Source: Mantamonas sphyraenae STR306
Taxonomy: Eukaryota; Protista; CRuMs
NCBI GenBank assembly: GCA_026936335.1
Contig: JAPMXV010000002.1
Coordinates: 186,001 to 250,000 of the forward strand
Direction of reading: 5' to 3'
DNA: 64,000 bases
Part shown: piece after piece, positions 13,578-25,367 of the stretch
How the letters are laid out: every line of letters begins with the position of its first letter
How positions within the stretch are numbered: the first letter of the stretch is position 1
The notes under the pieces: model-generated
What the model saw: only the letters and a program-made list of their open reading frames with translations
Databases searched by the model: none
What the model was told of the DNA's origin: nothing
Translations under genes and position numbers: made by a program

Positions 13578-14637
13578 TCAGAAGCGGACCTTGTCATCCA
13601 TGCCTGCATAGGGCCCGTTCTTGGTCTCCAGGAGCACGGAGTCTTCGAGCATGGTAAACCCATGGCCGCCTCCACACTGGATGACAATGTCCTGTGTGGT
13701 GTGTGGATGTCAAGTGCGAGTTGAACCCGTGGGTGTGAGGATATGAGAGTTGAAAGGAAAGACGAGAGAGGGTGTGTGTGTGTGTCGGAAAACGTACACC
13801 TGCGCCGCACTCGGTCTCGTCGACCTCGTTCTGGTCATCATCGTAGAGTACAACCTTGATACGGCCCTTGCGCACCATCAGCACTTCATGCGTTCCCACT
13901 GTGCTCCTCTGTGTGTTTGCCGTGCGTTGTCGTGTCCGCCGAGGTGTCAGCTGTCTGCAGGCCGAACCTGCGGCCCTCCGCAAAGCGCAGCCCTGCACCA
14001 TGCACCGCTTTGAAGTATGGGCAAAGCACCATGCAAACGATGCCTCTGCACTGTTTTGCACCCATCCAGACCCATGGTGTCCTGCTTAGGGCCCGTACGA
14101 CCTCGCTGGCGCGGACTGTGGCGTTGAGAAATCCCTGGGCCCTCCAACAAACGAGCGCAAGAACCCTGACAGCGCACGGAAAGGTGGACCAAATGCCACT
14201 CACGAGGCCGATGGCAACGCATGCGCATGTGAAGGGTTGGATCACAAGAGATGTGGGGGGCGCATGGAGGCGCATGGCAGGTGCAGCGAGGGAGAAACAA
14301 CCCACCTCGATGGGCTTGTGCACGTGTCGCGGAATCTCGTGGTCTTTCGGGTACACAATGAAGCCGGCTTGCATGATCTGGTCGTCGGCGGTCAGGAACA
14401 TGTTCTTGGTGAGCACGTCTGTGACCCATCCGCGCACAATGATGGAAACCAGGTTTCCGTTGCTGTCATGGTACTTCTCTGCGCAGCGGGTGTCAGACCT
14501 TCACAACATCCCCTCGCTCTCGCTCCTGAGCCTTCCACACATGCACGCCACCCAACCCTCCCCATACCAATGGCATCCACGGGGTTTTTGGCCTCCTCCT
14601 GCCCCTCAACAATCTTTTCGTTCTCGCTCGTGGACAT
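13578..14637 (-). CDS. Spliced small cupin-fold protein (bacterial sugar-isomerase-like)
   Basis: Exon fragments assemble to ...FLTADDQIMQAGFIVYPKDHEIPRHVHKPIE / RSTVGTHEVLMVRKGRIKVVLYDDD / ..GDIVIQCGGGHGFTMLEDSVLLETKNGPYAGMDDKVRF*. Cupin HxH...E and GHG metal motifs are present. Exon edges are approximate. Confidence 0.7.
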
Positions 14638-14798
14638 GGAACTTGGTTGCAATGCCTTCCATGCCGCTCCGTCTCCTTCCTCACCCAGAGACGGTCAACA
14701 CGAACGCGAATGACCCACCCATCAACACGACACACGCACACACACGACACACTCTCAAGCAAACGCATTCATTCTTCGACGTTCCTGAAACACACTCC

Positions 14799-16302
14799 TC
14801 AGCGGGATTGCACCACGAGACTGGCATCCTCCAACCCGGCCTCCTCCAGGGTTTGACCCATGTCGGTGAGCTTCTTGCGAGGAAACGTGTTGAGGACATC
14901 GACGGCCCCGCCGGCCTTGGCAGCTGCAAAGGCGTACAGATCACCCACAGTGTGGCTAAGGTTGAACTGCTGCTCCACACGGTCGTTGCCAATGCGCAGC
15001 ATCAGCGTGGTGGTGGGTGCATCTGTGTCCACGGCCACTTCCGCCCCGGCCTCTGTGTCCATGCCGTCGTTGGACGTCTGCTGGGCCGCACTGCCTGTGC
15101 TTGTGCTTGTGCTCGTGCTCGTGCTCGTTGACCCACTCAGACTGAACCCACGCCCAGTGAATGACTTGAACTTGGGCTTGGGACGCACATAGTCCTTGTT
15201 CTCCTCCTTCAGCTGCACGTCCAGGCCTCCGTCCGACGAGCAGTACTTGCGCAGCTCCGGAGGCACACGACGGCTCTCCAGGATCTGAAAGAAGCGCTTG
15301 CTTTCCTCCGAGTTGGGATCACGCAGTTCGGGCGGCTCCTCCTCCACGTCGTCCGTCTCTGCATGCACCGTGTATCCGTTGTTGTACCTGGTGATGAACA
15401 CAGCCGCCCCGGCCACAGACTCCTCCTCCCCATTCCCGTTCGGATTGATTCCCTGTTCCGCCATTCCATACATCCCTCCAATGTCGAGGGCGTGTGCGCA
15501 TTGCCCAGACGATTCCCAACCCTTCCTCCCGACCTTCCGCCTCCCGAATTCCCACCTTGCTTGCCCGCCGGCATTTCTCGCTCCTCTGCTGCCGCAAACA
15601 ATCCGTTCATCAGGCCGCGGTCCGGCTGGTCTCCTCGTCCCTCCACGGCCAATCCACTGTTCTTTCCTCCTCCAGTGAAGTACTCCTCCCCGTCGTTTCC
15701 GCCGCCTCCGCCTCCGCCGCCTCCCAAGTCACCAAACCCAGCGATGCGTGGGCCACGCGTGTTCCTGTTGTTGTTCGCCTTGCGTCCTCCGCTCCCACCT
15801 GCGTTCCCGCCTGTGCGTCCGCCTGTGTTTCCGCCAGCACTCTGTGCGTCGTCGTCGCCCATTGTGCATGTGTGTCAGTCTCAACGGCCCCGGGGATGAC
15901 GACGGAGGGGTGCCGGTCGGCGCTTGGGCCGGAACTCACCACTCGCTTTCCGGACAGGGTGTAGCCCATGGCTCCGCCTCCGCTTCCTCCTCCACTGCCC
16001 CCCAGCATGTTGCCTCCACCTCCTCCTGCTGCTTCCGTCTCCATTTCGTCCTCCTCGCTGTCCAGAGCGTCCAGGTTGCCCGACAAGCCAAACGGCGACG
16101 CTCCGCCGCCTACTTGGCCTCCTCCCCCAGACGGTTGCATCACGTCCGAGTCCTTGTCAAAGAACGCAGACACGGCTGCCTCCAGGTTGCCATTCGACAC
16201 CGCCAAATACAACTGGGCTTGCTCCGAGTCATCCGTGCCCGTCAACGACAAGAACTGTGCCACACGCTCGTCGTCACTCATCTCTTTCTGTTGGCCTGCC
16301 AT
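14799..16302 (-). CDS. NSFL1C: p47/NSFL1C/Shp1-like p97 cofactor (UBA-SEP-SHP-UBX)
   Basis: UBA-like VAQFLSLTG...AQLYLAVSNGNLEAAVSAFF; EYFTGGGKNSGLAV; SEP-like LRDPNSEESKRFFQILESRRVPPEL; SHP box FKSFTGRGFSL; UBX FNLSHTVGDLY...FPRKKL...TLEEAGL. Split across three frames by a frameshift near 15475 and a junction near 15870-15900. Confidence 0.85.
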
Positions 16303-16926
16303 GGGCAAAATCCACCACACGTATTCCTGTTTGGTTTCATTCTCCCCTCCCCTATCATTCCCGCGACTTGCTGTCCCCCATGCTGCTACTGCTGCTACTG
16401 CTGCTGCTGCTGCTACTACTGCTCTCACCGGGCAGTTGAATGTCCGGGAAAGCCTTGCGGTCCTCCTCGATGTCCACAGCAATGTCACCCCGCGCCATAC
16501 GCGCACCCCCGTCTGTACCCAGCTTATTCTGCACCATACGACGCGTGTCCATCTGCAGCGCCGTCTTGTACGACGCCCGCAGCTCTGCTTCCGTCTTGCG
16601 CAGGCTCCGCCTCGAGTACACAAGCATCCCGCCCAGAGCCACTGCGCACACGCACACATACAATCGGCAAGAGTTGCATACGAAACAGGAAGGGGCCCAC
16701 ACACAACCCCAAATGCACAACGGGGTTCCCCATTCAGCGGGGAAAGCACATTGAACGCATTCCAAAGCCACCGCGTCAGCACCACGCATTCATGCTCCCA
16801 TCCTCCGTTGGCTCCCACAGATCCAGCCTACCTGTGGATAATGTGTATGTGGCCCACACGTAGGGATAGTCACTGGAGTGCTGCTTGGCACGGTCGATCC
16901 ACTCCATTGCTTTTCCTTGCCCCCCA

Positions 16927-19900
16927 TCACGCTCCCACAACCTCCAACAGGTACAGCTCGCCCGAACCATCGCCCACTGCATACTGCTCGCCGTCTGCGC
17001 TCACCGACACACTCGTTGCTCTGCTGCTGCACGCAAACGGAACCAGCAGCTCAAATTCCTTGCGCACATCCCACACAAACAGCATCCCGTCTGTCGCCAC
17101 CGAAGCCAACGTGTGTGTGATTGACGAGAAACACACATCCCGCACCGTCTCTGTGTGCGCCTCAATCACCTTGAGACATCGCGCGTTCGTCGCGTCCCAC
17201 ACACGCACCGTTGTGTCCGCTCCCCCGCTGGCCACAATCACACTGTCCGCCCCAAACGCACAGCACATCACCAACGCCGTGTGTCCACTCAGAGTGGCCA
17301 CCTTGCTGTACGAACGCACCGCATTCCACACCTTCAGCGTCCCATCGCGGCTACCGCTCACAATCCGCTTCCCGTCGGGGCTCCAGCTCACACACGTCAC
17401 CGACGCACGGTGGCCGTACAGCGTCTTGACCTCCTCTCCACTCGCACAGTTGAACACCTTGAGCAGCTTGTCCTTGCCCGCTGTCACCACCAGCTCGCCA
17501 TCGGGCGAGAACGCGCAGTCGTTCACCCAGGTCTGGGACACCCGAATGCACCTCTTCTCAAACCACTTGGTCGTATCCCACAAACGCAGTGTCCCGTCTG
17601 TCGACGTCGTGCCCACAAGCTCTCCGCCTGGCGAGTACCGTGCACGCAACACCATGTTTTGTGGCCTCGCAGCAGTGCCACCTCCTTGCTTCCCTGCACG
17701 TTCCACGCCTTTGCTGTGTGGTCTCGACTTGCACTCACCAGCATCGATGCATCCCGCGGCTGGTACTCCACTCCCATGATCCTGTTTGTGTGCCCGATCA
17801 CCCCGCCCACCACCACATCCGTGTTCCAGATCTTGATGGTGCGATCATACGACCCCGTCAGCAACAGCTTTCCATCGTGTGAGAACTGCACCCGAAACAC
17901 GGTGCCCGTGTGGCCCAGCAGTGCAGTGCGGACCTGCCACTCTGGCAACCCGCTCCCACCACCCACGCTGCTGCTACTGCTGCTGCTGCTGCTGCTGCTG
18001 CCCGACCTCCATCACCCCGGTCTCGGCTGCTGCTTCTTCTCCTCTCTGTTGCGAGACACTGCCTCCGGCCTCGGCAACTTTCTCCTTGCCTGCTGCCTCT
18101 TTTGTTTCGCCGGCCTCTCCTTCTCCTTTCTCCTTCTCTTTCTCCTTCTCCTTCTCCTTCTCCTTGTCAGAGACCTCCTCCACAGCAGCACGCTGCTGCT
18201 CAAACACAGTCACGCTGTTGTCGTAGCTCGACACAGCAAACCGTGTCCCGTCGGGACACCACGCCACGCCACTCGATTGGTCCTTGTGGATGTTGTCAAA
18301 GCTGGCCAGCCGCTCAAACGTGTCCGTGTCAAAGATGTGAAACGTGCGGTTGACGCACGACGCCAACAAGAAGCGGTCGTCCGGCGACAGACTCAGCTTC
18401 ATCACGCTCAACCCTCCCTTGCTCTCCTTGCGTTGGTCGCCCATAGCACACGCAGACTCCACCATACGCAGCTGCTGTCCAGATCCTGCGTCCCACGCAC
18501 GGATGCTCCCATCCACCGACGCTGTCAACACAACCTCGTTGTCCGACGTCATCACCGCCGCATTCACATCGTTCTTGTGGCCCTGCAGTTGCACCAACAG
18601 CTCTCCAGTTTCCCAGTTCCACACGCACGCAGTCTTGTCCAACGAGCAGCTCACCATCAACGGTGCCGTGGGCGACGCCCAAACATCAATTACAGGTTTC
18701 GAGTGCTGACTAAACTTGCGCTCACTCTTGCCCGTCTTGAGATTCCACAGCCGCAGCGTCGTGTCCCACGATGCGCTCACCGCATGCGTCCCGTCGTGGC
18801 AGAAGCTGCATGCATACACGGAGCTGCGGTGGCCCTTGAACGATCGGATCAGCACGCCCGTGTATGTGTTCCACAGCTTGATGACACGGTCATCCGATGC
18901 GCTCAGGATCAACTTGGAGTCGGAAGAGAACACAGCACAGCGCACACACTTGTCGTGGCCAGTCAGAGTCTGGATGCACGGGTTCTGGTGCTGCGCCTTG
19001 TTCCTTCGGTTCAACCACATGCGCTTCTCCTTGCCCTGGCCAAACCGTGCCATGGCATCCTTGCACGGCGCCGAGTCGTCCGGCTCCATCGCCGCACGCG
19101 AAAACGTCACCTCGGGGTATCTCTTCAGAATGTGCGCATCACGCTGGAAGAACGCACGGTACTCCAACAAACGCTCAAAGATCCGCATGATGCGGTCGTC
19201 GGTGCCGATGTACGGCTGTACACTCTCCAGTGCCAGGATATAGTCTGTCAGCAGGTCAAAACTCATCCCTGCCTCGCATTTCTGCTCCACAAAGCCGAGA
19301 TGGCACAGCGTGTCGCCCAGATCACGCCACATTTTCGCTCGGCTCAGATGAAACGGCAGCTCGCTCACCGCACGTGCACTCTTGCCGGTAAAGCTATCGT
19401 TGCGCTCCGGATCCGCAATGCTGCGGAAATACGCCGCAATGCCCTGGTGGATCGTCAGCTCCCACTCGGCGCCGTTTTCTGTCCCCGTATCACTGTTCCC
19501 AGTCACGCTGCTGCTGCCGCTGCTGCTACTGCTGCTGCTTCTGCTGTCGCTGCCGCTGCTACTGCCGCTACTTCCTCCCTCCTCACTTGTCATGTAACGT
19601 CTGCGCACCGCCTTGGCGAGCTGTCGGTGGAAGAAATCAAGCATGCTCGTCACATCGTCGCTGCTGGGACGCAAGTACGGCTGCAACGCACGGTACAGAT
19701 TCTTCCAGATGGCAATGGGCATGCGTTTCGAAATGTCCGCCAACGTTCCCAGGTGCTGTGCCTTGAAATCGCTCAGCAGATCCAACATCTCCACCTCGGT
19801 GAAGCCCGACCGAGACACCTCAAGCAAGCACAAGACCAGACGCACCAGGTTTGCGTCGTGATCCTCTTCCAGCCTGTCCAAAACCTCGTCCAGCAGCTGT

Positions 19901-22215
19901 GGGATGGTCCCTCCCATCTCTTCGATGCGCTTCGTCACCATTTCAAACACGCCAAACACTCGCAACTCCTCGCACGCCACACGCAGGTACAGCGGCTTGT
20001 ATGCCTCCTCCTTCGTCACAAGCAGTTCCAATTGGTCGTCCGTCAGCTTCTTGCGACTCTGCCACAGGGTCGTCGACGCAATTGCCTTGCGTTCTTCGTA
20101 CGACAGCTCGCCCACCCTCACCTCTTCCACCTTGCGCAAAAGCAAGCCGTCCAGGTGCACACTGGGCAGTGCACTCACAATGATGCGCACGTTGGCTGGG
20201 ATTTTCACGGGCAACCACTCCAGGTTGCTTGCCTGGTGCGCCTCCTCCAGCTGGTTCACTGCGTCCAACACAATCACCAGTTTTCCCTTGTTCGACACAG
20301 ACGCAAGTTGCAGGAATCGCTGAAACTGCCTCTTCAGCTCCTCAAAGTCTTGCGGGATGTCAAACGTGTCCATCTCCTCCTGCTCGCCTTCCTCCTCTTC
20401 CTCCAGCGCCTCCTCATCTTCTGCGTCTTCCTCTGCTTCCTCTTCCTCTTCGCCTTCACCTGCCTCATTTCCTTCTTCTTCCTCGTTGGTCTGATTGAGA
20501 ACCGACGACGAAGACGACGAAGACGACTCCCACGCGTCGCGTCTCGATGCCGTGCGTGCAGCTGCACTGGCTTCAGCTTTCCTCTTGGCCTGGGCTTCCA
20601 TCTGCTCGCGCTGTTTCTCCTCCTCCGCCTGCTGAAAGTACTCTTGCACACGTGTGGCTGCGCTCACCACACCCAACTCCTTCTCCCGCTCCTCGCCCTC
20701 TTTCCATCCGTACACATGTCGGATCTCCCTGCACAGCCGTTCCAACACACGGCGAATGTCCGTCGAGCCCGGCGCCACGCCCACAAAGTGTGACACTACG
20801 GCCGCAATCCTGTCGTCGTCCACCTCGTCCTCGTCTCCATCCGCATCCAGCGCCTTGCGTTGCTCCATCTGTTCCAACCACCTTTTTGTGATCTGCCTGC
20901 AGAAGCTGGCCACAGACGTGGATTTACCCGAACCAGGGTTGCCATGCACCACCAACGGCACCTCGCTTCCCTGCTTCTCACCTGGTGCGGCTTTGCGCAC
21001 AAAGGCATCCATCTGCGCCACAATCAACTCGCGTTCGATGTACACACGCGTCGTGTTCTCCGAAAAGGCGTCATGGTACACCTTTTCCTTGCAAAGTGCT
21101 TCATGGTCCTCCTGCAGCACCTCGTTGTGGAAACGCTCCTCGTCACGCAGCAGCGATGGGGGCAGCACGTCCAGCGCGTGATCAAGCACGTTTGTCGCAC
21201 GCGTCCCGTCTTGGCTTTCACCCATCTCAGCGTGAATCATGCGCCACAGGTCGTTCAACACATTCTTGCCAAAGTCCTCCAGTTCGTGTGTCAACAGCTT
21301 GTCGTGTGACTCGCCCTTCCACTGCGCTCGATATTCGCGCAGCACAAAACGCTCGGGCTCGTCGCGATACTCTCCTGCGCGCTGTGCAATAAGCTCCTTC
21401 AGCACTCTCAGCTGTTCGCCTGCTTCATGGTCCTCCGTTTGGAACACGTGCATGTGTTTCCTGGGCACGTCGCGCAGAAAATCGTTGTTTCGAAAGTAGA
21501 ATGCCGCCCGCGACTTGCTCGGGTCGTTCAGCGCGCCATGCAACATCTCAAAATGTGTTGTGGAGCTGTGTGATGGGATCCCATGCCATGATTCCGTGTG
21601 TGCGGAGAGACGGTCCATGCGCGGTGTCAGTCGCAGTGTCTGCGTGGTGTGTGTGCGTCCTCTGGGCAAAAAGCACAAACGCACTAGCGGCCCAGCGGCA
21701 CGTCGCTCATCCAAGCAAACTTGGGGTCCGACTCGGCTAGCGACAGCTGCGCTTGTTCTGTGCACACCCATCCGTATCGCTCGCCCAGCATTCCCACGAA
21801 AAAGGGCGCACATGCGTCCACCTCGCGCAAACAGATCTCCAGCGCCTTGTCCGTCTCTTCCTTTGTCACTCCCCAACGCAGATCCAGAGGCAGCACGTGC
21901 ACCCGCAGCTGGTTACACCTGAGTCCGACGCACGCATGCACCCTGCCGTGTCAGTCTCCGGCCCGAAATGCCTGCGACATGTGGGTCCCCTCCCACGGAT
22001 GACGTCACTGTGGGGCTGGCTTTCAAGGAAAGATCCTGATCTGGGGAAATAGCAAAACACGGGTGCAACTCCACGCCAACCCACAGCTCCTGCAACTCGG
22101 GAAACACCACACGCGTGAGGTAGTCTCGCTCTCCATGCATGTCCAGAAATGTGCTGCTGATGAACACAGGCACCGTGCGCCAGTGGCCAAGGTCGCTTGC
22201 GTTTGTGCTTGTCAT
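16927..22215 (-). CDS. TEP1/NWD-like DUF4062-NACHT-WD40 protein (spliced, two apparent frameshifts)
   Basis: DUF4062-like [17 protein letters not shown] and DLRWGV...CLREVD...[12 protein letters not shown]; Walker [10 protein letters not shown]; Walker [11 protein letters not shown]; many GH...WD repeats across ORFs 17974-21876, 17523-17966 and 16927-17706. Confidence 0.85.
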
Positions 22216-22292
22216 CGTGGTTGTGCCCGTTTCAGTGCGCCCCCTCGCGCACGCACACACACACAAAAGAGACCACACACAAGCAACCAACC

Positions 22293-25200
22293 ATGTCTTC
22301 GCTCACTGGCGTGTCCCAAGACCCGTTCACCATGTTTGTGCAGCTTCATGGCCTGCAGCTGCAGTCCATTGGTTTTCCCGAATCTCTCTACCGCCTCCTG
22401 CACCTGAAGCTCACCGAACAGATGCTGGACGCTGGCAACTACTTTGAGTATGCCTACGACGAGTCTCGTGCCCACCTTCCCCCGACAGAGGGCTTCTCAG
22501 TCCAGCTCAAGGGCGATGCGGGCATGCCCAAACACTCCAACGTCTTTGTTGTGGACCATGTGTGGACCACCACCGCTCGTAATGCACGCCCACAGGTACG
22601 TTGCCCCCATTACCACATACGCCGGTGCCCGCATGCATGTCACATTGCCTCCCAGAGCCCCGAAAGCTGCAAATACGCTGTGCGTGTGGAAAATCCGCCT
22701 CCACTCACACCCCGTATCCGCCACACACTCGCTCTCCTCTCTCTCAATCTCCCTTCACCTGCTTACAGTTGGAGGCCAATCCAGAGCTTGTGGCGCAGCT
22801 GTGCCAACTGATGAATCTCGAGCAGCCACGTGCGTTGTTCCTGGCACAGGACGAAGCGTGGCTTGAGGCGCATGGGCAGGCGACGCAGGAACCGCCCACC
22901 GAGAGCGAAGAGGCGATGACGGCAGCTCTGGTGCAGAAGGCTATGCAGACTCCCCTTTCATGGGACGTTGTACTCCAGGCTGCCGGTGTGGAGCTCGACG
23001 GACAGGTGGAAGAGTCTGCATTGCCAGTGCTAGCCGACGTCGTCGAACTCGAGCTGGACGAGATGTCCATTGCCGAGTTTTCCCACCTCGACCTTCTCTC
23101 TGTGTTTCCTAATCTCGAGCGTCTGTCGCTGTGGGGCAACCTGGTGCCGTCCACCGACGTGCTGTTTGGCTCGCTGGGTAGTTCTCTTGCGGCTCAACTC
23201 AAGGTGTTGTGGCTCAACGATTGCCCCGTCACTCGTGAACAAGGCTACCACGACACGATGCTCGACCGCATGCCCAACCTGCAAATGCTCGACTCCAAGA
23301 TGACACCGGCATACGATGCCTACCTCCTCTGCATGCGTGCTGGCGAGGACTCGCTTGCTGACATCACCTCCTTGGACCTCTCCGACCGCGATCTGCCTCC
23401 CTCCGTCGACACCCAGCTCTGGTCCCAGATGACTGCCCTCTCCTCCCTCGACCTCCGTGGCAACCTCATCAGCCCGGACACCCTGCGCGACATTGCCGCA
23501 GCCGTGCCTACTGTCCAGCGCCTCTGCATCAGCTGGACCGACGATGTCGACCGCGAACTTGTCCTCTCCCTGTGGCCCAATCTGACCCACATTAACGACC
23601 AAGACGCCGCCCAGGAGCAAGTCAACCCTTCTCAGCTCCTCCTTGACAAGATCTACCACACCATGTGGACCATGAATGCCCCGTACCGCATCCTGACACA
23701 GAACTACGAGGACGATTCTGATTCTCAATGGGTGTGGTGTATGTTCTTCTTGTGCCCTCTCCACTCTCCTGCACTCCTGTGCGCTCCTGTCTTTGGTGTC
23801 ACTGACTGATTATCCTATCCCTCCACCGACCACAGATCTCATGGACGACTTTGGCTCCCGCTTCACCCATTCTTTCGAGCCCAACTTCCGCTTCTCTCCC
23901 TTCATGTACATCGACTACGTGAACAAGACCAGCACAACCTACTCCATCTTCTGGCCCATTGAAGACTGTGCCCCGGGGGCGCCTGCAACACGCAATCTCC
24001 TGGGCAAGCAGGAGGCTCTGAACGAACCTCACCCGTACCATCGTCTCCTCGCTTTCCACTCCATCGAAGACACGCAGCACTTTGGCAACGACCTTGCTCA
24101 GCAGTTCCAACAGGAGCTGGACCAGGCACGCGAGCTCGCTGCCCAGACAGAGATGGAACAGGGCGTCGCCGACAGCTCCCTGGATGCGTGTGTGCAACGC
24201 ATGCAGGAGGAAGAGGCAGAGAGACAGCAAAGCAAGGCTCAATCCGAAGAAAACGAGTCTGGTTCCTCCAAGGATGCCAAGAAAGACGCGCCGCTGCGCG
24301 TGTACACCGATCTGTCGTTTGTGCGCAACAACCTGACCAGCGAGGCATTTGAACATGTGCAGCTGCCCGAGGATGCAGATATCCTCTGGCTCATGTCCCA
24401 CCTGGAGTTCTTTGCTGAGCAGTATGACCAGTACCGAGCGATGAATGCACAGGAAGGCGCTGGTCCCGAACCGTTCCGTCTGGCCAGCACACAGCAGGTC
24501 AATGAGTTTGTGGGCCAGGAGTGCATCGACACCAAAGACGGCATCATGCGTACCATGCATGCGCACTATGGACGTCTCATGTCCTGGCTGCCGCAGAGCT
24601 ACGACCTCACCGCAGACACTCCGGCCTTTGTTGCCGAATACCGCAGGCGCCAACAGGACGGCGAGGACAACACGTGGATCATCAAGCCGGCTTCGCTCAC
24701 GCGTGGCATGGATATCCTCATCTCGAGAGACCTGAGCTGCATCCTGCGCCAGCGCGACTGTGGACCGCGTGTGGTCAACAAGTACATCACCAACCCGGCG
24801 TTGTACCAGGGTCGCAAGTTTGACCTGCGCTTCATTGTTATGGTCAAGAACACGCATCCGCTTGAACTCTACGTGTACAACATGTTCTGGATCCGCCTGG
24901 CCAACACGCCATTTGGACTCAGCGCCTTTGAGCAGTACGAGAAGCACTTCACCGTGATGAACTACGGCGAGCACCAGCTGGAACAACTTCATTACAAGGA
25001 CTTTATCGCTGCCTTTGAGCAGGAGCACGGCGTGCAGTGGGCACCCATCCAGGAGAAGATCTACGCCATGCTGCGCCTCGCCTTTGAGGCAGCCTGCGCT
25101 CACAGTCCCTCGGAAGGTGGCATGGCAAACACAGATGGCACAAACGACAACCGCGTGGCCTATTTCGGACCCGACGTCATGATTGACGCCAACTTTGATC

Positions 25201-25334
25201 CGCAGCTCATCGAGGTCAACTTTTCCCCCGATTGCAAGCGCGCCTGCGAATACGACCCAGAGTTCTACAACGACATCTTCGGATGCCTGTTTACGGGCAA
25301 GTACGACTCGAGCAAGATCACACAGCTCGCATGA
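22293..25334 (+). CDS. TTLL12: Tubulin-tyrosine-ligase-like 12 with LRR insertion (spliced)
   Basis: N-terminus [19 protein letters not shown]...[10 protein letters not shown]; LRRs [29 protein letters not shown]; [16 protein letters not shown]; TTL motifs [36 protein letters not shown]. Confidence 0.9.
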
Positions 25335-25367
25335 GGGAAAGAATGCGGAAGAACAAAACCATCATTG

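Noticed and set aside
16355-16789. Possible small gene between the p47-like and NACHT-WD40 genes
   Set aside because: Partly coding-like, but no family motif or defensible exon structure.
17640-18010. Programmed frameshifting or stop readthrough in the WD40 gene
   Set aside because: Breaks sit in homopolymer or microsatellite runs, as in other genes here; assembly error is simpler.
17155-20793. 1212-aa + strand ORF (likewise 26676..29537 and 36094..38658)
   Set aside because: Each lies antisense to a well-supported gene and has shadow-ORF composition.
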